Origin: a virus | Virus record (IMG/VR): IMGVR_UViG_3300036846_000800 | Coordinates: 7,104 to 71,103 of that record | Strand: one strand, 5' to 3' | Length of the DNA: 64,000 bases | In this document: positions 47,488 to 56,524 of the stretch, in pieces | Layout of the letters: every line of letters begins with the position of its first letter | Position numbering within the stretch: the stretch's first letter is position 1 | Notes under the pieces: generated by a model | Told to the model about the DNA's origin: nothing | Databases searched by the model: none | The model's input: the letters and a program-made list of their open reading frames with translations, nothing else | Made by a program: the position numbers and the translations under genes

Positions 47488-47687
47488 CCCTGCTCATCCT
47501 TGTCTTTCTTTCCCAGCTCCCGGCGCAGGATCATTCGCATCCAGCCGCTGAGCGACAACCCGAGCGCGTTTGCGCGCGCGCAAAACCCGCGATCCTCCTC
47601 GGCATTGAGGCGAATCATCACCGATATATCACGCCGGCCCGCCTTAAAGCGGGTGCCGCGCTTAATCTTGCTAATCATGCTTGTCAT
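47484..47687 (-). CDS. ribbon-helix-helix DNA-binding protein
   Basis: ISVMIRLNAEE...ANALGLSLSGWMRMIL. Confidence 0.6.
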   Translation of the reverse strand: MTSMISKIKRGTRFKAGRRDISVMIRLNAEEDRGFCARANALGLSLSGWMRMILRRELGKKDKDEQG

Positions 47688-47716
47688 AATGTAGCGATTC
47701 GTCTACAAAACGCAAC

Positions 47717-48052
47717 ATGCAGGTTGGTGAGGATCATCATATCCCGCAAAGCCACTGCTTGAGCTGCGGTGAAGTACTCGATGGCGCCACCTGCGTCGGC
47801 TCCGATAATAAACCGTCGCCCGGTGACGTGTTTGTGTGCATCGAGTGCGGGCACATCATGGCGTTTGACCAAGGGTTAAAATTCCGCGAGCTGACCAACG
47901 AAGAGAGTGTGGCGATAGCAGGCGATCCTTATTTGCTGGCGATCCAGCGCGGGCGCAAACACGCGATGGACAGACACGAACTCAGACGCAATGTGGCATC
48001 AGATTCCACTCCTGCATCTACTGACAGCAAGCGAGAGCGTGATGACCGATGA
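47717..48052 (+). CDS. zinc-ribbon protein
   Basis: CLSCG...PSPGD...CIECG. Confidence 0.55.
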   Translation: MQVGEDHHIPQSHCLSCGEVLDGATCVGSDNKPSPGDVFVCIECGHIMAFDQGLKFRELTNEESVAIAGDPYLLAIQRGRKHAMDRHELRRNVASDSTPASTDSKRERDDR

Positions 48053-48413
48053 CGAGCGCGAACAGCTGCGCGCCAAGGTCGAGCAAAAGTCTGCTGACTT
48101 GTCGACGGCGGCACAGCGCATAATCGAGCGCGACGAAGAGATCGAGCATCTGCGCGGCTTGCGCGCGGTGGACGCCTCAGTGATCCGGTATTACGAGCAG
48201 GCTGATACTAAATGCGCGATTGAGATCGAGCGGCTCACCAAAGAAAACCTGGAGCTGCGCGCCGGTGGCGCCAAGGTGACCCATGCGCTCGACTGTGCAC
48301 TGCAGCTGACCGAGGTGCTGATCGCCTTCCTGCCCGAGGGCCAGCCGGTGCATCCTGGACTGGAGACCGCCAAGGGCGCGCTCGCACAAGCGCTGAAGGA
48401 ACTGCGACAATGA
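48042..48413 (+). CDS. coiled-coil hypothetical protein
   Basis: Overlapping chain of small plus-strand ORFs. Confidence 0.55.
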   Translation: MTDDEREQLRAKVEQKSADLSTAAQRIIERDEEIEHLRGLRAVDASVIRYYEQADTKCAIEIERLTKENLELRAGGAKVTHALDCALQLTEVLIAFLPEGQPVHPGLETAKGALAQALKELRQ

Positions 48414-48619
48414 GCGAAGAACGTGAGCTGCCCGTCATGCGCGCCGCCGAGCCGATCGCCAAATGCGAGGTCTGCGGCCACAGGCTCTACCGCACCACGA
48501 CCAGATGCCAAGCTGCCGAGCATGGGTTCGCGGGCCAGCCAGAAAACTGCGCCCTCGAAGGCGAAGACTGGCTGAAACTGCGATACGCCATGCAGATGCA
48601 AAACGTCTGGAGCACGTAA
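48410..48619 (+). CDS. small Cys-containing protein
   Basis: CEVCG..C..C; ATGA coupling. Confidence 0.5.
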   Translation: MSEERELPVMRAAEPIAKCEVCGHRLYRTTTRCQAAEHGFAGQPENCALEGEDWLKLRYAMQMQNVWST

Positions 48620-48954
48620 TGCCGAACGGCGACGACAGAGACGATAGCGAGCGCGCTGGCGACCAGCAACGGCTGTTCCACTACGAGACCGAGATCGAGC
48701 GGCTGGGAATCGAGGTGAAGCGCTGGAAGACGGCGCATAACATTGCGTGTTTCAACCTCACCGAGCTGAACCATCAGCGCGCGCTGCTGATGGAGGCGCT
48801 CACTAATGCGATGATCCTGCTGGATCGGCTTCTTACCGAGATGCGGCAGGCCAACGTAACACCGTCGGCCGGCGTGATCGTTCACAAGGCGGAGTTCGAC
48901 CGGGCCATGACGAAGCTGCTCACTTCCAGAGAGAAAGAGGAAAAAACCCCATGA
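48619..48954 (+). CDS. coiled-coil hypothetical protein
   Basis: TAATG coupling; ETEIERL resembles IEIERL in the 48042 ORF. Confidence 0.5.
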   Translation: MPNGDDRDDSERAGDQQRLFHYETEIERLGIEVKRWKTAHNIACFNLTELNHQRALLMEALTNAMILLDRLLTEMRQANVTPSAGVIVHKAEFDRAMTKLLTSREKEEKTP

Positions 48955-49211
48955 CCAAGAAGCCCAGCAAGCGAACTGCTGCTGCCGATGTGATGATCAC
49001 CCAAGCGACCGACCCGCTGGCAGCGCAACAAGACGAGCCCGTGAACGAGCCCCCCGTGACCATGCGGGTGAACTCGTTCACCGATCTGGCGACCATGCGC
49101 GAGCAAGCCTCACGGCGGCGCAACACCACTGCCAACACCATCGCCGAGCTGGTGGAATGGCGCAGCGAGATCGATGCCACCATCGCCTATCTGCGGGCGC
49201 AGGAAAAATAA
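48951..49211 (+). CDS. hypothetical protein
   Basis: 86 aa; GAGGA RBS. Confidence 0.55.
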   Translation: MTKKPSKRTAAADVMITQATDPLAAQQDEPVNEPPVTMRVNSFTDLATMREQASRRRNTTANTIAELVEWRSEIDATIAYLRAQEK

Positions 49212-49224
49212 AGGAACCAACACC

Positions 49225-49581
49225 GTGAGTGACGTCTTCGCTGAGGATACCACCTTCGCTAAAGAACCCGGCGCGGTCGCGAGCGAGCATCAGCGCTTAA
49301 TGCGACAACTAGCGCGCGCTACCTGGGAGAAGGGCGTGGCGCAGGGCTCGCACCAGCGGCTACGCACCGCCATCACGCTGGCGCTGCAACTGAGCCACGG
49401 CGGCACCGACATTGCCGACATCCAAAGATTGTTAGCCGCAGTGCTGGAGGTCGATGACCAAATCCTGCAGCACACCGTTTCGAAGGACACCGGCCCGACA
49501 AAAGACGTCGCGAAGGATATCACGCCGGAATACCCGGCGGATCATCCGGCTCCAGGTGACTTGGGGACCGTGCCGCTGTAG
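49225..49581 (+). CDS. hypothetical protein
   Basis: GTG start after AAGGA RBS. Confidence 0.5.
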   Translation: MSDVFAEDTTFAKEPGAVASEHQRLMRQLARATWEKGVAQGSHQRLRTAITLALQLSHGGTDIADIQRLLAAVLEVDDQILQHTVSKDTGPTKDVAKDITPEYPADHPAPGDLGTVPL

Positions 49582-49585
49582 GTTG

Positions 49586-49684
49586 AGCGCACGCAGGCGT
49601 GGCGGCAGCGCGCGAGGTGGTCGACTTAAGACAGTCCTTTCACCATCAACAAGGTCGCGGTTCGACCCCCGGCGGAGGTGCGCT
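49586..49684 (+). ncRNA. candidate degenerate tRNA-like RNA
   Basis: AGCGCAC/GTGCGCT closing stem, D-like arm, long central arm, GGTTCGACCC T-loop-like motif. Confidence 0.3.
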
Positions 49685-49712
49685 GAGTGCGTCGTGAAAC
49701 CCGGCAAGCCGC

Positions 49713-49958
49713 CTACTTCTTCTTGTTCTCAGCGGTCCTTTCGCCTCTGGCTTCGGCTTCCTTCTCCTTCTCGGCGCGCTCGTGCATCGCCTTCTCGTCC
49801 TTGGCGTCTTTTTCCGCCGCCTTCTTGGCTTCCGCATTTTCCTTGTCGAGCTGGTCGCGCACCTTCTCGCTCTCCTTGGCGTCCGCCTCCAGCTTCTCCT
49901 TGGTGGCTTCCTCGATTTCCTTCGGGGTGCGGAACTTGCTCTCGGCTTTCTCGGTCAT
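49713..49958 (-). CDS. highly charged (Lys/Glu) small protein
   Basis: 81 aa; GGGAG RBS. Confidence 0.6.
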   Translation of the reverse strand: MTEKAESKFRTPKEIEEATKEKLEADAKESEKVRDQLDKENAEAKKAAEKDAKDEKAMHERAEKEKEAEARGERTAENKKK

Positions 49959-49990
49959 CTGGGTAACTCCCTATGCTTGGTCGACCACCT

Positions 49991-50398
49991 CTACTTGTGC
50001 GCGGGCGGGTGCGAAGGATTATGCGCGATCGCGGGTGTAGGCGTGTGCGCGATCGCAGCTGGCTCCTGCTGAACCGGCGCCTCCAGCGCCAGCGGCGAGA
50101 CCCCGCCGACACCGAGCGGCGCCGTATTGGGATACATCTTCGGCCACGTATTGGCGACGTTCTCCTGGGTGCGCATATAGGTGCACCACGCCCCGGCGGC
50201 CGGCCGCGACCCGGCATCGTAATAGGGGGTGTTGAGCGCCGGGGTAAACGTGGCGCCGTCGGCGTTGAACACGCACAAATCAAAATGCGTGCGGTCAACC
50301 GTGTGCACCACCATCGCCGGCAGTGGCGCCGGCGGGGTCACATTGGCGTAGTACCAGACGACGGAACCAACCTGTGGGCGAAGAATGCTCCTGGGCAT
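49991..50398 (-). CDS. hypothetical protein (SH3-like beta pattern)
   Basis: PQVGSVVWY...PAMVV...DLCVFNADG; AAGGAG RBS. Confidence 0.6.
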   Translation of the reverse strand: MPRSILRPQVGSVVWYYANVTPPAPLPAMVVHTVDRTHFDLCVFNADGATFTPALNTPYYDAGSRPAAGAWCTYMRTQENVANTWPKMYPNTAPLGVGGVSPLALEAPVQQEPAAIAHTPTPAIAHNPSHPPAHK

Positions 50399-50607
50399 GG
50401 GTGTTCTCCTTTCGCGGCCGACATCAGCTCACGCGATTCGCCAAGCCTAGCACTCCTCCTTCATTCTTGCGATAAGCCCCATCCATCCGCAGCCGCTCGG
50501 CCCGGTGCGCGTACTTGCGCACCCGCTCCGGTCGCGCTGCATTGCGCCGCGCAATCAACACGCTCGCCGGAATAATCCGCCGCCGTAAAGCTCGCGCCGT
50601 GCTCATT

Positions 50608-51276
50608 TCACATGTCCAGCTCGCGATACGGCGGCCACGGCGCCCTCGGCTTCGGCGCCTCCAGCGCTTGCGCCTGAAAGTACAAATTCTCCTGCGCCCG
50701 CTCCAGCTCCTGCCGGCTCTCGGGCATGAACTCGATCAGCTCGCGGGTCTGCTGCGGGTCGAGCTGCGATCGCTGTGCCAGCTGCCCCAGCTGCCACAGC
50801 CCGAGATCGCCGCGCACGGTCTGCCCCAGGCGCGGCCCCAGCGACTGCAGGTACTGGTTGTCCTCAACCGCCCGCCGCGTCACTTGATACGCCTGCGCCA
50901 GCTCCTGCCGCTGCTTTGCCTCGCGCTCCGCCGGTGTCACCAGCTGCTGATACGCCGCCATCGAAGCAACCGGCGGAGCCGGCGTGGAAGCAGCACCACC
51001 CTTGAAACACATCTTCAGCTCCTTCCGCACCACCTCGTGCCAAACTCTGTCATCGAGGTCCTTGCGGGTGATCGCAAACCGGGACCACCTCGGTCCAGTC
51101 TCATCCGGTATCGGCACCACCACCCAGATCACATCAAGGAGGTTATCCTGCCAGACGCGGGAACCCGCAGGCAGCATCCGCTCCAGCGCCCGTATCACAC
51201 TCCGCACCGACACCGGGTCATCCCCCGCCAGACCGGGGTAGAGTTCATCCCGCAGGTTACTCAGACTGATCGCCAT
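50608..51276 (-). CDS. chimeric protein containing major-capsid-derived segments
   Basis: MAISLSNLRDELYPGLAG and ELAQAYQVTRRAVEDNQY match segments of the MCP. Confidence 0.65.
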   Translation of the reverse strand: MAISLSNLRDELYPGLAGDDPVSVRSVIRALERMLPAGSRVWQDNLLDVIWVVVPIPDETGPRWSRFAITRKDLDDRVWHEVVRKELKMCFKGGAASTPAPPVASMAAYQQLVTPAEREAKQRQELAQAYQVTRRAVEDNQYLQSLGPRLGQTVRGDLGLWQLGQLAQRSQLDPQQTRELIEFMPESRQELERAQENLYFQAQALEAPKPRAPWPPYRELDM

Positions 51277-51497
51277 CCGCGCCTCCCTCCGCTTGCTCGC
51301 TCATCTGGTTGAGCGCATCGAGCATCACGCGCAGCCTACGCTCGTCCAGCGCCGTCCACGGGTCCATGTGCTGGTTAAACACACACACGTCGGCAAACCC
51401 CTCCCACATATCCACAATGGTCCGCCGGTTCACATCCGGCCCGCCGCTGCAATCAAGCAGGGTGCGCGTCACCCCAAATCTCGGTATCCTCTTGCCC

Positions 51498-52118
51498 ATG
51501 AAAGCCTTCTGCACCCACTGCCAAGCCACCGACCACTACATGTCCGCTTGCCCCAAGCTCGCCGCACCCTCCCGTGGCGACCCCCGGGTCGAAACCCATA
51601 CCCTGGATGAACCCATCCCGCGCTCGATCCTGCGCCGGCCGCTGGCCTTTGGCCCCAGGCCCGTGGGAGTGACGACGTCAAATGTCGCCGTGACGCCATC
51701 CGTCGCCACACCGAAACCTTTCGCATCTGCCGCCCGCATCATGGAACTCGAAGCCGAGGTGAAGCACCTCAAGCGGTACGCCGCTCAATTAGCTCTGGAA
51801 CTATCTCGCGCAACATCTGCCGCATCTCCTCCGCCACCCGCATCAGCCGCTCAAATTCCTCCTCCAGCTCGCGGGAACGAACCTCCAACTCCTCGCCACA
51901 TTGCGGACACCAGCAACGTAATCCATCCATCGCAACCTCCTGTCTCGGTCACGAATACTACCCACGAGGTTTCGGTGACGCCAGAAGTTTCCGTGACGGC
52001 TCCCAAAAAGAACAAAGGCGGCCGGCCACGCAAAGCCGACGCCCTCACCCCAGCCGAGCGCGCCCGCCGCCGACGTGAAAAGCTCAAACAGCGAACCTAT
52101 GTGAAGGGCATGGAGTAA
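51498..52118 (+). CDS. CCHC zinc-knuckle / AT-hook-like DNA-binding protein
   Basis: CTHCQATDHYMSAC; C-terminal KGGRPRKADALTPAERARRRR. Confidence 0.55.
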   Translation: MKAFCTHCQATDHYMSACPKLAAPSRGDPRVETHTLDEPIPRSILRRPLAFGPRPVGVTTSNVAVTPSVATPKPFASAARIMELEAEVKHLKRYAAQLALELSRATSAASPPPPASAAQIPPPARGNEPPTPRHIADTSNVIHPSQPPVSVTNTTHEVSVTPEVSVTAPKKNKGGRPRKADALTPAERARRRREKLKQRTYVKGME

Positions 52119-52148
52119 ACCTACCCACCCCTCAAGGAGAACCACCCC

Positions 52149-52493
52149 ATGCCTATGACCAAACCCTCCCACCCCCCACTCACCCTCGAAGCCATGGTCG
52201 CTTGGCTCGAAACCCAGCCCCCAGGACAAGAATATATCTGGCAGGACCCCGTGAAGTGTCTTATGGGCCAGTACCTTAGCGCGAATAACTCTTCCTGGGG
52301 CACGGTCGCCTATAGCGAGCTACCGGGCTACGACGAAATCGCCCAAACTCAGCCCTGGACCTTCGGGGCAGCTCGGGAAAGAGCGCTCGAACACGCCAAA
52401 ACCCTGCAACTAACAGCCCAAACCCCACAAGTAGCCCCAACCCTCGAACTAAAGGCCACACACAGCGAACTGGTCCCGCTTGCCCCCGAATAA
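52149..52493 (+). CDS. hypothetical protein
   Basis: 114 aa; AAGGAG RBS; WLETQP..Y.W....CLMGQYL...PWTFGAA. Confidence 0.6.
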   Translation: MPMTKPSHPPLTLEAMVAWLETQPPGQEYIWQDPVKCLMGQYLSANNSSWGTVAYSELPGYDEIAQTQPWTFGAARERALEHAKTLQLTAQTPQVAPTLELKATHSELVPLAPE

Positions 52494-52899
52494 CCCCTGA
52501 ATAACCCTACCCCGTAGAATTTTTTTCTAAAATCACGCGCGAAATTCCCCCCACGGGGCCTTCGCAGGTGCAATAATTTTGGAAGATTGTTCTCTCTGAC
52601 CCCCCGTGGAAAATAAGGCAGACCTACCAGTTCTGGTAGGCCAAAAACCGGATTAGCTTATAGATCAACGACTTAGCGGACCGGAGTGGGGGAATAGGGC
52701 GGATATGGGGGAGGGGCCTGACCCAAAACAACTTTCTCATTCCGCCCCCCCACCCCCCACCCATGTGCCCTGGGCGCCGCGCGGCCGTGGATTACGTCCA
52801 CTTCTCAGATACATAACCGGAATCGCTAACCGGGTTTCTCAACACCACGAACGTGGGCAGGAGGGGGACCGCTTCCTATGCAACAGCGGAACGGATGGA
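52494..52899. promoter_or_regulatory. non-coding putative packaging/terminus region with IHF-like site and palindrome
   Basis: CCTACCAG-TT-CTGGTAGG at 52623-52640; GATCAACGACTTA at 52663-52675; poly-C/G tracts; next to the TerS candidate. Confidence 0.45.
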
Positions 52900-53367
52900 C
52901 TAACTCACTGATCCATCAGGCGAAGGGGGCGGCACCTCTTCCTGGGGAAGCACAGGGGAAGCCTCGATGACCTTGGCGCCGTCGCCGGACCGCTTCGCCA
53001 GCATCTCCTCGATCGCCGCAATGGCGCTGTCGAGCTGCTCGTCGCTGAGGCCCTTGGCGCCCTGGGAGTGGGTCACCTCCAGCTCGCGCGGGACCAGCAA
53101 AACCAGCAGCTTGAGGAATACTGCCGGCTGGTTCAGCATCACCTTACGTATGGCCTTCTGCCCGCCCTGGCGGAACGCGAGATGCATCTCCCGGATGGTG
53201 TCGGCATTGAGCGACCGACGGGCGCGGCCTGGGTCGGCACCTGCTAGGCCAGACGACCCCTTCTCCCATTGTCCTTTGCCGTTACGCTTAGGGTTAGCTG
53301 GGGGTGGTGGCTGGCCAGTGGTGAGAGCCCTGCCAGCACGTTCTGCTTTGGGCTTGGTCTTTGCCAT
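52900..53367 (-). CDS. terminase small subunit candidate (DUF5681-like N-terminus)
   Basis: KGQWEKGSSG..G..PGR, then helical G..AI.KV...P..FLKL...LVPRE, LSDEQL. Confidence 0.55.
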   Translation of the reverse strand: MAKTKPKAERAGRALTTGQPPPPANPKRNGKGQWEKGSSGLAGADPGRARRSLNADTIREMHLAFRQGGQKAIRKVMLNQPAVFLKLLVLLVPRELEVTHSQGAKGLSDEQLDSAIAAIEEMLAKRSGDGAKVIEASPVLPQEEVPPPSPDGSVS

Positions 53368-53960
53368 AGCTGTGGAGGATAGACCTTGATCCCTATGCTT
53401 GGGTAGTGCTGTGGCTCGCGGCCTGTCCAGGGTGCTCCGCTGGGCGCTTGGCGGGCCATCCATGCAGCACGTCGAGGGCGAGGCGATTGAGGTGGCTGTC
53501 GAAGAATGGTGGGGCCAGCCACATGATGGCTGTGGGGCCGCGCAGCACTGGGGCGCAGTTCACCTTCAGCTCGCGGCGCAGCTGGCGTTGGCGGCGGGTC
53601 ATGGCCTGGGCTCCAGGGCCTGGATGATGGCAGCTCGCAGCCGATCGGTGCTGCAGGGGAGGGTGTCGAGGTGGCCGGCGAGGAAGTGGCGCAGGTCGCG
53701 CTCGGCCTGCAACCTGACCTTGGTTTCGATCTGGTGCAGGCGTTGAGCGCCGGTCATGACGGCATACCGCCTGGGTCGCTGGCCAGCTGGGCGCGCACCA
53801 GGGCATCGAGTGGCTGGCCAGTGCGGGGGCAGGGCGGATGGGGTCGTGTGTCCCCATCGCACACCGATGAGAGCCAGACAACCAATACCCCAAACGCCAG
53901 GGGCAATACCCCAACCGCCAGAGCTGCGTAGAGGTCCGCTTTCTGCAAGTAAGTCATTAG

Positions 53961-54275
53961 TCACCAGCCCTCGGAACACCAGTCACGATTACACCGATGG
54001 GTGACATCGGCGCTTCCCGCGCTGGGCTGGTCGAGGCCCAGCTCACCCTGGTCGACCTCGGCTGGCGCACTGGTAACGGCGGCGCCTGTGGTATCCGCGC
54101 CGGCGGCGGGTGGGCTCATAGCCCCAGGCGGTCTTGCGGCGAAAGGGGGTGCGACAACCTGGGCCAGCGCGGCCCGCAGCAGCGCCTCGGTCAGCTCCTG
54201 GCCGTTGCCGGCAGCGGCGCGCGCGGCAGCCACCAACTCGGCAATGACGTCTTCGAGATCAGCATCGCTCAGCAT
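53961..54275 (-). CDS. hypothetical protein
   Basis: 104 aa, Ala-rich. Confidence 0.35.
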   Translation of the reverse strand: MLSDADLEDVIAELVAAARAAAGNGQELTEALLRAALAQVVAPPFAARPPGAMSPPAAGADTTGAAVTSAPAEVDQGELGLDQPSAGSADVTHRCNRDWCSEGW

Positions 54276-54362
54276 GGTGAACGCTCATTCGCCTAATGTG
54301 CTCATCGTAGCCACGACGTGACTACACGTAGCTATACGTAGCTAGCATAAACCTACTAGCAT

Positions 54363-54375
54363 TATCAACATCTTA
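54363..54375 (+). promoter_or_regulatory. IHF-binding-site consensus match
   Basis: TATCAACATCTTA matches WATCAANNNNTTR and sits inside the IR GTGACTACAC (54318-54327) / GTGTAGTCAC (54385-54394). Confidence 0.45.
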
Positions 54376-55139
54376 GCTCAGCGTGTGTAGTCACTAGTCT
54401 GCAACCTCGTACCAGACATGGAACTTTCTGTTCATATTAGACTGCCGCTGCAAGGCGTTAGGAAGCCCGTAGAGCAATGCTTCACACCGCGCTAGGGTGA
54501 TGAGGGGGCGCCACGTTTAACGCATCCTGGAGGTTTTCGCCTTTCGTTCCTTTCATGGTCTGTTCCACTCCTTATATATATGCCACGGTGGCAGGGTCAG
54601 TCCCAGCCGGCGACAGCAATCATGAGATAGCAAGCGGTTGGGCTATCCGGCACGGTCATGGCCGTGACCCATTGCAGCCCGGCCGGCGCATAGACCACAA
54701 CCCAGCCGCCAACACACTCGATCGCTGTCAGCTCCATCTGTTACACCTCGTAGCGTTACATATGAGGTAGCGTTATTCGCTGTAGCAGTTCCATCGCGGC
54801 CCTAGTGCCACAATCACAGACCTGCTTCTTTTCCCCTCGCTCGGTCCTGGGGTGGGGCAACACTGTTGGGCTAGGTCACGGCTTCTTCGGCTGCCCCTTC
54901 ACTTGCTGCTCGACCGGCGGGTGGGGAGGCCGCGCGCGCGTGATTCCGCGCTGAGTCGCGGGGGCTGTCAATCACTGCATTCTGCGAGTGATCATTCTCC
55001 TATCGGTAGTGGCTGACTATGCGATGACACAATACCCATGGGGTGCATCCGGGTAGGGGCTGTGGATAGCTGGACAGCAAGCCTGACCTGTTGAGCGGAT
55101 TGCTTAGGATGCTAAGTAATTAAATAACACCATGTCATG

Positions 55140-55176
55140 TTGACAGAGTGACCGTAATATGCTTTACACGTATAGC
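55140..55176 (+). promoter_or_regulatory. putative sigma70 early promoter
   Basis: TTGACA at 55140-55145 with AT-rich upstream sequence; -10 element weak; precedes the first plus-strand early gene. Confidence 0.45.
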
Positions 55177-55206
55177 TCAACTCTAACCCAATGAAAGGAC
55201 TGAGCT

Positions 55207-55410
55207 ATGACCGAGTACACCGTCCACTTCCAGAAGGGCACCCGCGTCGGTGCACGCTCCACCCGCATGGTGCAGATCGAGGCCGAGACCGCGAAGGAGG
55301 CCGCGACCAACGCGCGGCGCGAGTTCAACTCCGAGCATCACGACAACAACAAGTATCGCCTCGTCCGCATCGATCACTTCGAGGGCTACAACATCGTGAT
55401 CGATTACTGA
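55207..55410 (+). CDS. early hypothetical protein
   Basis: 67 aa; GAAAGGA RBS. Confidence 0.6.
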   Translation: MTEYTVHFQKGTRVGARSTRMVQIEAETAKEAATNARREFNSEHHDNNKYRLVRIDHFEGYNIVIDY

Positions 55411-55411
55411 C

Positions 55412-55564
55412 ATGGAAAGCCTCGCCCTCTCCTTCGCCGCGCTGGGCCTGAGCGGCATCAGCATGACCCTCTCCTGGCTTGGGCGCTACACCCAAGCCAC
55501 CTCCTACGCCCTCGGCGCGATCGCCTGCGCTTGTGGTGCGATCATCCTCGCAGTGTGGGGCTGA
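55412..55564 (+). CDS. small two-TM membrane protein
   Basis: MESLALSFAALGLSGISMTLSWLGRYTQATSYALGAIACACGAIILAVWG, read directly. Confidence 0.45.
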   Translation: MESLALSFAALGLSGISMTLSWLGRYTQATSYALGAIACACGAIILAVWG

Positions 55565-55566
55565 CC

Positions 55567-56322
55567 ATGACCCCCGAAACCCTCATCGCCCAGGGCGCCT
55601 TGTTCGTCGTCAATCACTCAGGCGGCAAGGACTCGCAGGCCATGTTCATCAAGCTCCTGGAGCGCGTGCCGGCCAGCCAGCTGCTGGTGGTGCACGCCTC
55701 GCTGGGCGAGATGGAGTGGCACGGCGCGCTGGAGCTGGCCCAGGCGCAGGCCCAGGCCGCTGGCGTACCCTTCATCGTGGCACGGTCCGACAAGTCTCTC
55801 CTGGACATGGTCGAGCGTCGGTTCGCAGCGCGCCCCGAGGTGCCGAGCTTCCCGAGCGCTTCGCACCGGCAGTGTACCTCTGATCTCAAGCGCGGGCCGA
55901 TCGAGCGCGAGGTGCGCCGCTATGCCAAGGCGCACGGTCTCACCCTGATCGTGAACTGCACCGGCATCCGCGCCCAGGAGAGCCCCTCCCGCGCCAAGGT
56001 GCAGGTGTTCACCAGGAACGAGCGCAACAGCGCCGCAGGGCGCTCCTGGTTCGATTGGGCGCCCATCCACAGCCTCACCACCCTCGATGTGTTCCAGAGC
56101 ATCGAGCGCGCCGGCCAGCAACCGCATCCGGCTTATGCCGCCGGCAATCAGCGCCTGTCGTGCGTGTTCTGCATCATGGGCTCGCGCCATGACATCGCCC
56201 TGGGCGCCAAGGCCCGCCCCGAGCTGTTCGCGCGCTACGTCGAGCTGGAGCAGCGCACTGGTTACACCATGCATATGAGCCGCAAGTCCCTCACCCAGCT
56301 GGTCGCGGAGGCCGCGCTATGA
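55567..56322 (+). CDS. PAPS-reductase-family (PP-loop) protein
   Basis: VVNHSGGKDSQAM, CTSDLKRGPI, GIRAQESPSRA, RLSCVFC. Confidence 0.85.
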   Translation: MTPETLIAQGALFVVNHSGGKDSQAMFIKLLERVPASQLLVVHASLGEMEWHGALELAQAQAQAAGVPFIVARSDKSLLDMVERRFAARPEVPSFPSASHRQCTSDLKRGPIEREVRRYAKAHGLTLIVNCTGIRAQESPSRAKVQVFTRNERNSAAGRSWFDWAPIHSLTTLDVFQSIERAGQQPHPAYAAGNQRLSCVFCIMGSRHDIALGAKARPELFARYVELEQRTGYTMHMSRKSLTQLVAEAAL

Positions 56323-56522
56323 CCCTCGATCACCTCCGCGTCCGCCAGCACCAGAGCTGCCCGCTGTGCCACCGCGCCAAGGGCTTCGGCCTGCTGGTGT
56401 GCTGGCCCTGCTTCCGCGCCTACGACCTGCGCAACGGCAACCCCCTGGTCGATCGCCGGCTCGATGCCGCCGAGGCCAACCTTGCCGTGCTCGAAGCCTC
56501 CAACACCGTGAAAGGACACTGA
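56319..56522 (+). CDS. small zinc-finger protein
   Basis: CPLC...CWPC. Confidence 0.55.
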   Translation: MTLDHLRVRQHQSCPLCHRAKGFGLLVCWPCFRAYDLRNGNPLVDRRLDAAEANLAVLEASNTVKGH

Positions 56523-56524
56523 CC

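Noticed and set aside
55191-55451. ORFs starting MKG... (also at 1652 and 62560)
   Set aside because: The ATG is part of the ATGAAAGGA ribosome-binding motif; the real starts are a few nt downstream.
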